From Polyangiales bacterium (GTDB lineage: Bacteria; Myxococcota_A; Polyangia; Polyangiales; JADJQN01), in the NCBI GenBank assembly GCA_964202905.1, contig CAXNJO010000003.1, positions 320,001 through 384,000 on the forward strand: 64,000 bases of DNA, given 5' to 3'. Below the pieces are notes generated by a model. That model had not been told where the DNA came from. It saw only the letters and a list, made by a program, of their open reading frames with translations, and made no database searches. Positions within the stretch are counted from its first letter, which is position 1; each line of letters starts with the position of its first letter. A program made the position numbers and the translations under genes. Positions 11,795 to 22,196 of the stretch are shown here, one piece after another.

Positions 11795-13715
11795 AAAACA
11801 CCATTGCAATCCGCGTCTGCAGCGTCCAGAGCATGTCGTTCTGGAGCTCGGGGGCGAGCGCGCCGCCGGCGTTCATGAGGCCGAACTCGGTGCTCCAGCG
11901 GAGGATGTCGTTCTCGCCCCAGGTGACCTTGAGGGCGAGGTCGAGCTCCCAGCCGAGGAAGCAGTCCGGGTCGAAGGCCGAGCACTGGGTGGCGTTCGCG
12001 TCGCCGGGGCGGGCGGTCTCGCGCTTGCCGGCCGCGGCCGGGAAGGCCTCGTTGAGCGTGTCCGCCCAGGCGAGCAGGAACGCACCGACGGCCTCGACGC
12101 CGTTGATCAGCTGGTAGCGGAACTGCGGGAACCAGTACATCGAGTTCCACACGCCGCCGCGCGACCAGAGCGCGCGCGAGGGGAGCGTGTCGGCCGTCTG
12201 GACCGCGAGCGCCACCTGATAGAGCAGGAGGCCGACGTGGTAGTCGGGGTGCAGCGGGCGCTGGTCGAAGCGGCGATCGCTGCGGAAGAAGAGGTTGGCG
12301 TCGCCGGTGGAGTAGCCCCACTCGAGCATCGCCTGCCACTTCTTGTCCATCGCGAGGCCGCCCTGCACGACGGCGCCCCACACGTTGGCGTCGACGGGGA
12401 GCGCGGTGCGGCCGGTGCTGACGCCGCCCTCCTCGACGAAGTCCTGGCCGATCGCGAGGCCGCTCGAGGTGCCCTGGATGGTCTCGACCTCGCCGTTGAA
12501 GACGAGCTGCGGGGCGCGGTTGCCGAAGGGCGAGAGGCGCGCCTTCCAGAAGAGGTCGGGGATGAAGATGTTCGAGTCGGTTTGGTTCTGATAGCGGTAG
12601 ACGCCGATCGCGCCGATCTGGAGCTCGTCCGTCGTGCGGAGCGGGTTGATCTTCGGGTCGTTCCACGCGAGCACGACGATCGACTGGCCGACGTCGTCCT
12701 GGCCGTTGAGCACGTTCTGGAAGGGGAGCGTGCTGCGCGCGAGGGTCCCGGGCGCGGGGGATGCCGTCGTGCCGCCCGTCGGGTCGACGGGCACGTAGGG
12801 CGCGCCGGTCTCGAAGCCGATCGGGTCCTCGACGAGCCAGTCGTGGCCGATCGCGAGGATGAGCGGCGTCGGCCGCGAATCACCCTTCGTGAGGGCGTTG
12901 AAGATCGTGAGGGGACGGGTCGCGAAGAGGACGCGATCGAACGTCGTGCCGTACTGCGCGTCGCCCCAGTCGTTCTTGAAGCCGTTGCCGTCGTTGAAGA
13001 GGATGCCCATGCCGCCCTGCGAGCCCTGGCGGCCGATGCGGAGCTGGCCGATCGGGAGGAGGAACTCGAGCCACGCGCGGCGCAGGCGGAAGGGCTGGAC
13101 GTCGAAGCCGTCGATGTCCGTCATGCTCGGCGTCTCGCCGAAGAGCGGCGTCGACTGGATGCGGGCGTTGTCGCCGAACATCACGTTGTCGAGCGCGTCG
13201 ATCTGGAAGCGCGCGGCCGCGATCGGGTTGAGCGGATCGGTGCCGTAGGTGATCGCCGGGTCGAGGCGCAGGCGCATGAAGGCGTACGCGGCCATCTCAC
13301 CCGGCGCAGGCGTGGTCTCGCCATCGGCGACGGGGACGTCGTGCGTCCACACGAGGCGCGCACGGTAGTAGCCGTGCAGCTCGAAGCGCAGCGGGATGCC
13401 CGCGCTCGCGGGCGCTGCGGCCGTCGCCATGGCCGCCGCGGGCGCAGGCATCGGCGCCGTGGTGGACACCGGCGCGACGGTGGTCACCGGTGTGGCCTCG
13501 ACCGGCTCGGCCTCGGCCGGCTCGGCCTCGGCCGGCGCGGCCTCGACCACCTGGTCTGCCCATGTTGCGCTCGGCGCGACCGCCTCGACGGACGTCGCTG
13601 CGGCTCCCGTCGCTGCCACCCCGGCGTCCTGCGCTTCTGCGCTCGACGCGAGGCCCGCGATCCCGAGGACACACGCCCACATTCCCCAACTACCTGCTCG
13701 CACGAAGCGCCTCAT
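11793..13715 (-). CDS. Outer-membrane beta-barrel protein (myxobacterial, TIGR04551-like)
   Basis: Signal peptide, Ala/Pro linker, FELHGYYRAR, RLRRAWLEF..GQLRIGRQ..GMGILFNDG, DRVLFATRP, HPDYHVGLLLY, LGWELDLAL, C-terminal LQTRIAMVF (terminal Phe). ATG at 13715. Confidence 0.75.
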   Translation of the reverse strand: MRRFVRAGSWGMWACVLGIAGLASSAEAQDAGVAATGAAATSVEAVAPSATWADQVVEAAPAEAEPAEAEPVEATPVTTVAPVSTTAPMPAPAAAMATAAAPASAGIPLRFELHGYYRARLVWTHDVPVADGETTPAPGEMAAYAFMRLRLDPAITYGTDPLNPIAAARFQIDALDNVMFGDNARIQSTPLFGETPSMTDIDGFDVQPFRLRRAWLEFLLPIGQLRIGRQGSQGGMGILFNDGNGFKNDWGDAQYGTTFDRVLFATRPLTIFNALTKGDSRPTPLILAIGHDWLVEDPIGFETGAPYVPVDPTGGTTASPAPGTLARSTLPFQNVLNGQDDVGQSIVVLAWNDPKINPLRTTDELQIGAIGVYRYQNQTDSNIFIPDLFWKARLSPFGNRAPQLVFNGEVETIQGTSSGLAIGQDFVEEGGVSTGRTALPVDANVWGAVVQGGLAMDKKWQAMLEWGYSTGDANLFFRSDRRFDQRPLHPDYHVGLLLYQVALAVQTADTLPSRALWSRGGVWNSMYWFPQFRYQLINGVEAVGAFLLAWADTLNEAFPAAAGKRETARPGDANATQCSAFDPDCFLGWELDLALKVTWGENDILRWSTEFGLMNAGGALAPELQNDMLWTLQTRIAMVF

Positions 13716-13824
13716 TGAACCCTCCACCTGTCCACCACGGATGCGATCGATTCCCCCGGATGCGCAAAGAGGAGGCACGTCGTCCGTGCCTCCTCTTCAC
13801 ACCGTCAGCCCGCGAACGGGCGCG

Positions 13825-14877
13825 TCACTCGGTGCAACCCGTGATGTCCGCGCGCGTGGGCCGGATGTTCACGATGGTCACGCCGTTCGGGAAGACGCGG
13901 ATGCGCTCGCAGCCCCAGAGCTGCGGGTCCGGCGCGCTCGCGGTGCCGGCGTTGTACCAGGCCTCGACGCGCACGGGCGCATCGACCGGGAGGTTCGCGG
14001 CGGCGAAGAGGCCGTCGACGTTCGAGTAGGGCTGGTCGCCCGCGGGGAAGCCGTCGCCGTCGAAGTAGCGGAAGCCGGGGCCCGTGCGCGTGCCCGAGTC
14101 GGGGATGAACGTGTCACCCGTCGCGGTGGCGTTGTCGCCGTCTTCCTTGAACATGCGGACGACGAGGCCGCGAACGGGCTCGTCCGCGCAGTCGTAGACG
14201 GTGCCGGCGACGATCGCCGTGCCCGACTGGCGCGTGAGGCCGAGGACGGTGGGGATGATGTTGAGCGTCGACTGCGCGACGCTGTTGCCCGTGACCGAGG
14301 CGCCGGCGGCCTCGTTGTACTGGGCGGTGTCGACCGGCGTCGAGGCCGGCGTCGGGCCGGTGCGGCCCTTGATGAAGTAGGCGTACCAGGAGCCCCCGGC
14401 GTCCATCACCGCCGGCACGACGCCCGTGGCGTCGGACGTGCCCATCTGGCAGGGGAAGGCCGCGTCCGAGCAGGAGAAGGTGCCGCCCATCGGAGGGGGG
14501 AGCTGGTTGTCGCGGTAGAACTGCACGACGACGTTGTCGACGGCGGCGTCGGACTCGAAGTCCTTGACCGTCATGGTGACGGCGACTTCCGGGGTCGTCT
14601 CGACGGGACGGACGTTGGTCGCCGCACCGGCGCACGCGCTGTTCGCTGCGGTGCCCGAGCCGGGGGCGGAGGCCACGGCCGCGTTGATGTCCGGGGCCGC
14701 GAGCTCGGTGCGCGCGCCGGTGTCGGGGTCGAGGTAGAAGATGGTGGCGCGGACGCCGGTGCCCATCATGCCGCCGTCGGGGGACGGGGGCGGCGGGGCG
14801 TCGTCGTCGTCACCGCAGCCGACCAGCGCCGCCCCGGAGAGCGCGCCCACGATCATCAGTTTCATCCAGGTCTTCAT
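13825..14877 (-). CDS. Lipoprotein with carboxypeptidase-regulatory-like beta-sandwich repeats
   Basis: Lipobox LVGC-GDDDDAPPPP; AIVAGTVYDCADEPV and SNVDGLFAAANLP motifs. Confidence 0.7.
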   Translation of the reverse strand: MKTWMKLMIVGALSGAALVGCGDDDDAPPPPSPDGGMMGTGVRATIFYLDPDTGARTELAAPDINAAVASAPGSGTAANSACAGAATNVRPVETTPEVAVTMTVKDFESDAAVDNVVVQFYRDNQLPPPMGGTFSCSDAAFPCQMGTSDATGVVPAVMDAGGSWYAYFIKGRTGPTPASTPVDTAQYNEAAGASVTGNSVAQSTLNIIPTVLGLTRQSGTAIVAGTVYDCADEPVRGLVVRMFKEDGDNATATGDTFIPDSGTRTGPGFRYFDGDGFPAGDQPYSNVDGLFAAANLPVDAPVRVEAWYNAGTASAPDPQLWGCERIRVFPNGVTIVNIRPTRADITGCTE

Positions 14878-14905
14878 GTCCGTCCTCTTCTCCGCGCTGC
14901 GGCCA

Positions 14906-16681
14906 TCAGGGGGCGAGCAGCGACTTGATGTTCTCTTCGATGGCGGGCCAGCCGCTTGGACCGATCGAGTTGGTCTCTTCGTAGTGGTCGCCCTCGGCCT
15001 CGGCGAAATAGGGCGATGCGGGATCGAGCTTGTAGTCGAATGCGGGAATCAGATAGCCGAGGAAGTCGTTGGCGAGACCGAGCGCGAACACGTACTCGAC
15101 CCCCGGGCGGCTCCCGCGGGCGAGCTCCCGCAGGTAGGGCGCCTCCGGCGCGGCCGTCAGAGCGGGCGGATTAGAATTGGTCGGATCGATGATGTCAACA
15201 CCGTCGGGCGTGAACGCGCCGTCGTAGCCGCCCACGAAGAGACAGGGGTCGAGCTCGCCGGGGAAGGTCAGCAGCCGCGCGCGCCCGATGTCGAGCACGG
15301 CGACCTCGGTGAGCACCTGCGGGCGGTTGCTGCGCGAGACGACGCGGTCGGGGTTCCAGTTGAAGAGCTGGCGATCGAAGATGCCCTGGTTGAAGGCGAT
15401 GACGAACGCGGCGTTCTCGACGGTCAGGTAGAAATAGCGGTTGGCGAAGGCGATGTCGGCCGTCTCGTCGATGACGCTGGCGCCGCCGGGCGCGAGGGCG
15501 TCGAGCACGCCCCACGCGATCTGCGCGCCGACGGTCTGTCCAATCTCGATCGTCTCGTCGTCGATCGGGGTGCGCGCCGTGGGATCCGCGGGGACGCCCG
15601 CATCCGCGTCGGCGGGCGTGCCCCAGCGCCGCGCGTCGAGGCCGTTCGGGCCGATCTGCGAGCCGAGCGGGCCCTGGAAGAAGGTCGTGATCCCGCCGAC
15701 GCCGGGGAGGTCGCGGGAGTCGTCCGCGAAGTCGACGCCGTTGGAGACGCCTTCGCGGAGCGCGTGCGCGAAGTCGCTCGAGAGGAGCGTGTTCGCGTCG
15801 CCCGCGTACTCGGGGTGAGAGGCCCAGTTCACGAGGGTCGCGATGGTGTCCGTCGTCGAGCCGGCGCGGAGAAAGCGCAGGACGCGGACCTCGTCGTCGA
15901 TGATGATCGGGTCGCGGAGATCGCCGTGGTAGGCGCGCATGCCGCCTTCGAGGTCGCGGGTGCGGAAGTTCGCGTATTGCACGTTCGCGGGGGCGAGGGC
16001 GGCGACCGCCGCGCGGATCGCGGCCGCGGAGCGCTCACGGAGCGTCGCCATGAACGCGGGGTCGAGGCCGGTCGTGCCCGTCTCGATGCCCCAGAGGCCC
16101 GCGGTGTCGCGCGATTCGTGGGAGTGCGTCGCGCTGAAGACGACGTAGTCGACGCCCGCGTCCGCGACGAGCGCGCGGGTGAGGTCCATCTCGCCCTTGA
16201 AGTAACCGATGCAGTCGATCGACACGAGCGCGAGGGTCGTGTCGTTCTGGCGGAGGACGATGGCGCTCGTGTACTGCGGGTCGTGCACGCCCGTCGCGCC
16301 GCGGCCGTTGCCGAAGCCGGCCATCCACACGCCGTCGAAGCGGCCGTTGCCGTTCGTGTCGCGGAACTCGTCGCCGACGTTGTATTCGCCGTTGCCGTTG
16401 CGGTCGTTGGTGAGGATCTCGGTGGTCGCGTCGATCGTCGGCGTGATGTCCTCGCGCGCCGTGCCGACGTAGAGGACGTCGTCGCCGACGCCGGTGCAGC
16501 CCGGATCGCCGGGGCAGCGCTGCGCGGGCGGGAGCGGCGTGATCGTCACGCCCCCATCGGCGCCCGCGTCGGCGCCCGCGTCGGGCACGGGCGGTGGGGG
16601 CGCGTCGTCGTCGCCACACGCGGGGACGACGAGGAGGCAGGCGAGCGCGGCCACGAGGCGGGCGGACATCGTTCGGTTCAT
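14906..16681 (-). CDS. Lipoprotein with neutral/alkaline ceramidase-like metallo-amidase domain
   Basis: Lipobox VPAC-GDDD; DxNxNG Ca-binding loops; MAGFGNGRGATGVHD, VSID, ATHSHES, NWASHPE, SSDF, FPGE, GLANDFLGY, YEETNS. Confidence 0.75.
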   Translation of the reverse strand: MNRTMSARLVAALACLLVVPACGDDDAPPPPVPDAGADAGADGGVTITPLPPAQRCPGDPGCTGVGDDVLYVGTAREDITPTIDATTEILTNDRNGNGEYNVGDEFRDTNGNGRFDGVWMAGFGNGRGATGVHDPQYTSAIVLRQNDTTLALVSIDCIGYFKGEMDLTRALVADAGVDYVVFSATHSHESRDTAGLWGIETGTTGLDPAFMATLRERSAAAIRAAVAALAPANVQYANFRTRDLEGGMRAYHGDLRDPIIIDDEVRVLRFLRAGSTTDTIATLVNWASHPEYAGDANTLLSSDFAHALREGVSNGVDFADDSRDLPGVGGITTFFQGPLGSQIGPNGLDARRWGTPADADAGVPADPTARTPIDDETIEIGQTVGAQIAWGVLDALAPGGASVIDETADIAFANRYFYLTVENAAFVIAFNQGIFDRQLFNWNPDRVVSRSNRPQVLTEVAVLDIGRARLLTFPGELDPCLFVGGYDGAFTPDGVDIIDPTNSNPPALTAAPEAPYLRELARGSRPGVEYVFALGLANDFLGYLIPAFDYKLDPASPYFAEAEGDHYEETNSIGPSGWPAIEENIKSLLAP

Positions 16682-16789
16682 CGGGGCTCTCCGGGCGTCG
16701 ACGCGGGAGGCGCCGTCGCGGGGGCCGAGGGTAGCAGCGCGCACGGACGCGCCGACACGGACCTTGCTCACAAGGTCGGCGGTGAGCGT

Positions 16790-18677
16790 CTACCAGCGGA
16801 GGCCGACCCGCGCGCGGACGAGCCCGACGTCGGCCATCGGCGCACCGCGGGCGTCGTCGAAGGCGCGCCCCGGGAACAGCACGCCGCCCTCGACGCCGCC
16901 CGTGAGCGTCACGCGGTCGCGCAGCTCGGTCGCGACGAGCAGCGCCGCGTCGAGCTCGAGCCCGAGGTCGCGCGGCTCCGCGTCGCCGCCGCGCACGTTG
17001 CGGCGCCCGAGCCCGCGCCGCTCGGCGATGGGGTCGACGTTCGCCGCGCTCGTCCGCGCGACGACGGCGCCGAGGCGCAGCTCGAGCCACGCCTTCGGCC
17101 GCCACAGGAGCGTCGGGGCGAGGTACATCGCGCCCGCGACGCCGCCGCTCGTCGGCAGCTGCGCGAGGGCGCGCGCGTCGTCCCCCGCGAAGGGCAGCGC
17201 CGCAGCGACGGAGCGCGCGCTCAGCCAGTTGAGCACCTCGGGGAAGAGCACCAGCCCGACGCGGTGATCGCCGTCGAGCGCGCCGCGGCGCTGCACGCCA
17301 TCGGTCGCGCGCGCGTCGCCGCCCGCGTAACCGGCCTCTACGAAGGCGTCGAGGTGATCGGCGCTGCGGCCGACCTGCGCGGCCCAGACGAGCTGCGCGA
17401 CGCGCTCGGACGCGCGGTCGGGGGCGAGCGAGAGCTCCGTCGTGCCGAGCGTGTACGCGCCCTCGAACGCGGCGAACACGCGGCCGCCGCCCGGCTCGCG
17501 CACGTCCCAGCGCGCGTAGAGGTCGAGCGTCGCGAGGTCGAGCCGGGCGCCGCTGCGATCGCGGCCGCTGCGCACCGCGACGAAACGCGCCGAGCGCGCG
17601 CTCGCGGCCGAAGACCGTCGCGTGTGTGCCGCCCGCTGCGGCCGTGACGGGCGGGCCCTCGCCCTGCTGCCAGAGCACGCTGAGCACGCCCTGCGCGAGC
17701 GTGTCGCCGCGGCGAAGGTCGAACGGCCCCTCGTCGTAGACGAGGTCCGCGGCGACGCCGACCGCGAGCGGGTGCCGCGGGCCGAAGGGGCGCGCGACGA
17801 ACGAGGCGCGCTCGACGAGATCACCGGACTGCGCGTCGCCGAAATACGGGCGTCGATCGCCGTCGTTCGCGACGACGCCGAGCCCCCAGTGGAAGCCCTG
17901 CTGACCCACGCGCAGCACGCCCGCGCGCGTCGTCCACTCCAGGTAGAGCTGCCGCAGCGCGAAGCCCGCGGACTGCCGCTCGCAGCGCGCCTCGCGGGCG
18001 CAGCCGTCGTCGCCGTCGAAGCCGATGCGCCGATCGCGCCGCCACGCGCTCGGCGCGATGCCCTGCGCGGTGTCGCCGAAGAGCACGCCGCGGAGGAGAT
18101 CGGCGTGCAGGACGAGGCGCAGATGGGGTCGCAGACCGAGCTCTCCGCGGAGGCGGAACCAGTGCGTCGTGAAGGCGCGCTGGCCGAGCGAGGTCGTCTC
18201 CGGCTGGCCCGGGAGCGGCGGCAGCGGCACGACGGAGAGGGCGTCGAAGCGGAGCTCCCACTCGCCGTGCACGAGGCCGTAGACGACGAGCGCGGGACCG
18301 GCCGCGGACGGGCGGGCGGGCACGGCGGGACGCGCGGGCGCGTCGTCGTCCTCGGCGAGCGCGGCCTCTTCGGCGGTCTCCTCCGCGGAGGCCGTGCCCA
18401 CGACGCCGGACGCCTCCTCGTCGGAGGTTTCGTCGCCGCGCACCGCGTCCGCGGACATCGCGTCGTCGGAGGTGTCGTCGTCGGGTGCCACGGCGACCGG
18501 GAGCCCGGCAGGCTCCTGCGCGGCGGCCGGGCGCGGCGGGAGGGCGAGCGCGACGCAGGCACAGGCGCAGGCGAACACCGCGCAGGCGAGCGCGACGCAG
18601 GCGGGCCGCCGAGCGGGGCGCGCGGGGGGCGGGGTGGGCGCAGGCGCGGGCGACCGGTCGCGCGGGGAAGAGGGCAT
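16790..18677 (-). CDS. Second outer-membrane beta-barrel protein, related to 11793..13715 (one frameshift near 17584)
   Basis: Signal peptide, acidic linker, ALRQLYLEW..GVLRVGQQGFHWGLGVVANDG, DLVERASFVARP. After an extra base in the AAA run at 17583-17585: DHRVGLVLF, LGLELDAAL, C-terminal RARVGLRW (terminal Trp). Confidence 0.7.
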
Positions 18678-18787
18678 CGTGGGTCGGGGCTCCGGTCGGG
18701 GGCGCAGCGTAGCCCGGGCGTCGCAGCACCGGGGTGCGCGGGGCGCGTGGGCTCTGCGGGGTGGACGGGGCCTGCTATACGGACGAC

Positions 18788-20723
18788 GTGCGGACCCCGG
18801 GCCGGCCCTTTCACCGCGTTTTCTTTGCGCTTTCGGGCGCGCTCCTCGCGGCGCTGCCTTCGTGCGGCGAGTGCGGCGGCTCGCACGCGGTGCCGTTCCG
18901 CGCCGACGCGGGCCGCGCCGCGCTCCCGAGCCCGCCCTCCCCGCCCCCGGCGGCCGCGCCGTTCGCGCCGTTCGACGGCCTCGCGCTCCCGCCCGGCACG
19001 CGCGCCTTCCCGCTCGACGGACTGCCGCTCGCGGTGGCCGGGCGCCTGCTCGCGGCGGCCGCTGCGCTCGACCTCGACGCGGACGGCGACCGCGACGCGC
19101 TCGTGGTCGCCACCGACGACGCTGGCCGGGCGACGCTCGAGGTGGTGCCGCGCGAGACACGCACCTTCGGGGCCGCGCGGTCGCTCGGCCCGCTCGTCCT
19201 CGGCGACGGCTGCGCGCTCGAGTCGGCTGCGCTCCGCGTGCTGGCGCCATCGTACGCGCTCGTGACCGTCACGCCGCGCTGCGCGCCCGCCGTCGCGCTC
19301 GCGGCGCCGCCGCAGCTCCCCAGCGCGCCGACTCCACCCGCGGCAGCGCCCGCCACGGACGCTGCGCCGCGCCTGTTTCTCGTCGGGCTCGGGCCGACGC
19401 CGCGGCTGCGCGAGCGCTTCCGCGTGCTGCCCGAGGCCGGCCGCGAGCCCGGCGTGGTCGCGCTCACGGTGCGCATCGAGGACCGCGACGCGGACGGCAG
19501 CGACGACGTCGTGCTCGAGGTCGCGGTGACGCCGCCCGGCGCGGCGGCCCCGGCGCGGCTGACGCTCCCGTGGCTCGAGCGCCCGAGCGGCCTCGCGCGG
19601 GACACGCAGGAGCCGGAGACGCAGCTCGCGGAGCGGGCGGCGCGGGCGAAGCGGGCGCTGCGACGCGACGCCGACGGCGCGCTCGCGCTCGCGCGGGAGG
19701 TGCTGGCGCTGCACGGCGTGCTGTGCCGCGAGGCGGGGCTGGCGCGCGTCGTGTTCGGGTCGAGCGAGGGGGTGCCTTGCCGCGCGTCGCAGGCCGCCGG
19801 CACCGCGGCCGCGCTCGCGGCGCAGGCGCTCGCGCGGAAGGGCGAGGTGCTCGCCGCGCTCGAGGCCTGGGCGTCGCTCGAGCGGCCCGGCGCGACGGTC
19901 GCGCGGGCCGAGCGCGCGGCGGCGAAGCGCGCGCTCGAGGCGATGCCCGCGGAGCCCGGCGTCACGTGGCGCGTCGGCCCCGCGCACGTCGCGCGGGGGG
20001 CCGGCCGCGCGGCTGTCGAGCCTCGCGTTCACGCCGGGCGGCGAGGCGCTCGTGCTGCGCGGCGGCGCGACGGCGCGCACCTGGAGCCTCGTCGACGGCG
20101 CGACGGGCGCGGCGCCCCCCGAGTGGGGTGACGTCCTCGTCCGCGAGCCGGGCGGGACGCTCGCGATCGTCGACGTGCACCGGACCTGCCGCGGACACGT
20201 GCTCGGCGTCGTCCCCGCGTCGAGCGTCGTCGAGGGCGTCGTGGTGGGCGGCTACGCGGCCGAGCCGCTCATCGCCCCCGCGGCGCCGCCGCAGGGCGCG
20301 CGCTGCGAGGCGGGGAAGGACGCCCTGCCCGAGGCGTCACGGCGGGACGAAGGCGGGTGGCGCCTGCTCGGCTGGGCGCCGCAAGGCGCAGTGGTCGCGC
20401 GCGGTGCGGCGTTGCGCGTGGTGTCGCTCGGCGCGGGCGGGACCGCGACCGGAGACGCCACCCTCTTGCAGGATGGTGTCCCCTCCCCCGCGCCGCTGGC
20501 GTCCGGCGCGATGAACCCGGACGGCACCGCGCACGCGTGGGCCACGCCGTTCGGCGTCGTCGTGCACGAGCGCGCGCCGCGCGGCCGCGTCGTGCTGTTG
20601 CGGCCCGAAGGCTGGGCGACGAGCGGGGCACGCGCCGGCGACGTGGCGGTCTCCTCCGACGCGCGGCACCTCGCCGTCGCGATCGACGGGACCGTGCACC
20701 TCCTCGAGCGAGCGGCCCCATGA
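18788..20723 (+). CDS. Hypothetical lipoprotein (frameshift in the G-run at 19995-20000)
   Basis: ALLAALPSCGECGG lipobox-like segment; DLDADGDRD and DRDADGSDD loops. ORF 18734..20131 continues as 20052..20723 through PAARLSSLAFTPGGEALVL, with a propeller-like end (VAVSSDARHLAVA). Confidence 0.6.
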
Positions 20724-20783
20724 GCGCAGCCCCGTGAGCCCAGCGGGCGGAGGCGTGCGCGGCCTGCTACGGTCCCGCCGCTG

Positions 20784-22106
20784 ATGAGGATCCCGCGCGC
20801 CCCGGGCGGCGCACCTGCACTCGCGCTCGCTGCGCTGAACTGGCTCGCCGCGTGCGGCGGCGCACCGCCCCATGCGACGGCGCCGTGCATGTCCGACACC
20901 GAGTGCCGCCTCGACCGCATCTGCCACGAGGGGCGCTGCCGCTTCGTGGACGAAGTCCGCGCGAGCCTCGCGCGCGAGGCCGCCACCATCCCCGCCGCGG
21001 ACACGCCGCCCGACATCGACGGCGGCGCCGCGAACGCCGCCCGGGACACGACCGACGCGGGCGCGGCCGAGGCGCCCCGACCCGAGCAGGCGCAGCACAT
21101 GGGCGGCCCGCTCCGCAACGGACGCACGCACCTCGAAGGGCCCGCGGCAGCGCCGACCGAGCGCTGGGCCTACCGAACGAGCGGCCGCATCTCCGCCTCA
21201 CCGGTGGTCGGGCCGGACGGCACCGTGTACGTCGGCTCGCTCGACCGCTCCTTCTCCGCGATCGCGCCCGACGGCACCCTGCGCTGGCGCTACGTCGCCG
21301 CGGATCGCTTCCACGGCAGCGCCGCGATCACCCCCGACGGCACGGTCGTCGTCGGCTGCGACGACGGCGTCGTCCTCGCGCTCGGCCCCGGCGGCCAGCC
21401 CGTTTGGCGCAGGCCGCTCGGCGCGCGCGTCGAGGCGGGGCTCGCGCTCGACGCGGACGGCACGATCTACGCCGCGGCCGCCGACGGCCTGCACGCGCTC
21501 GACCCGCGCGGGAACGTGCGCTGGCACCTGCCGCTCCCGGGCCCGATCACCGGCGCGCCCGCCGTGCACCCCGCCGGGCTCGTGCTCGTCGGCACGCCCG
21601 ACGGCCGCCTCGTCGCGGTGCGTCGCGACGGCGCGATCGCGTGGGAACACCCGACCGGCGGCGCGGTCGAGGGCGGCGCATCCGTCACCGACGATGGCGT
21701 CATCGTCGTCGGCAACGCACGCGGCGCCGTCGTCGCCGTGAACGCGGACGGCACCGAGCGCTGGCGCTTCGCGACGGGCGCGACGGTGCTCGCGACGCCT
21801 GCCATCCGCCGTGATGGTGTGGTCGTCGTGGGCAGCTACGACCAGCGGCTCTACGCGATCGACGCCGCAGGGCGGGAGCTCTGGCACGTCGAGACGCACG
21901 GGCGTGTCCGCTCCTCGGCGCGCATCGACGCGGCCGGCCGCATCTACGTCGGCTCGCAGGACGACGGCGTCTACGCCGTCTCCCCCACGGGCCAGCTGCT
22001 CTGGCGCCACACGATCGGCCAGGACGTCGACTCCACGGCCGCACTCGGCCCGGGCGGCGTCCTCTACGTCGGCGCGGACGACTACGCGCTCCACGCTCTT
22101 CGATGA
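20784..22106 (+). CDS. Lipoprotein with small Cys module and PQQ-like (BamB-type) beta-propeller
   Basis: LAAC lipobox, CMSDTECRLDRICHEGRC, repeated SP.VG.DGTVYVGS.D...A...DG..RW blades. Confidence 0.85.
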   Translation: MRIPRAPGGAPALALAALNWLAACGGAPPHATAPCMSDTECRLDRICHEGRCRFVDEVRASLAREAATIPAADTPPDIDGGAANAARDTTDAGAAEAPRPEQAQHMGGPLRNGRTHLEGPAAAPTERWAYRTSGRISASPVVGPDGTVYVGSLDRSFSAIAPDGTLRWRYVAADRFHGSAAITPDGTVVVGCDDGVVLALGPGGQPVWRRPLGARVEAGLALDADGTIYAAAADGLHALDPRGNVRWHLPLPGPITGAPAVHPAGLVLVGTPDGRLVAVRRDGAIAWEHPTGGAVEGGASVTDDGVIVVGNARGAVVAVNADGTERWRFATGATVLATPAIRRDGVVVVGSYDQRLYAIDAAGRELWHVETHGRVRSSARIDAAGRIYVGSQDDGVYAVSPTGQLLWRHTIGQDVDSTAALGPGGVLYVGADDYALHALR

Positions 22107-22196
22107 CCCCCACCCGGCGCGCCGCCCCGCCGCGCGCCCCCCGCCGGCACGACCCACGGCACACGCCGCATGGGCCCGGCAAACCGAAGGATTCCC

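Noticed and set aside
17583..20000. Programmed frameshift or phase variation at the indels near 17584 and 19998
   Set aside because: Single-base indels in short homopolymers are typical long-read errors; nothing supports a programmed event without read data.
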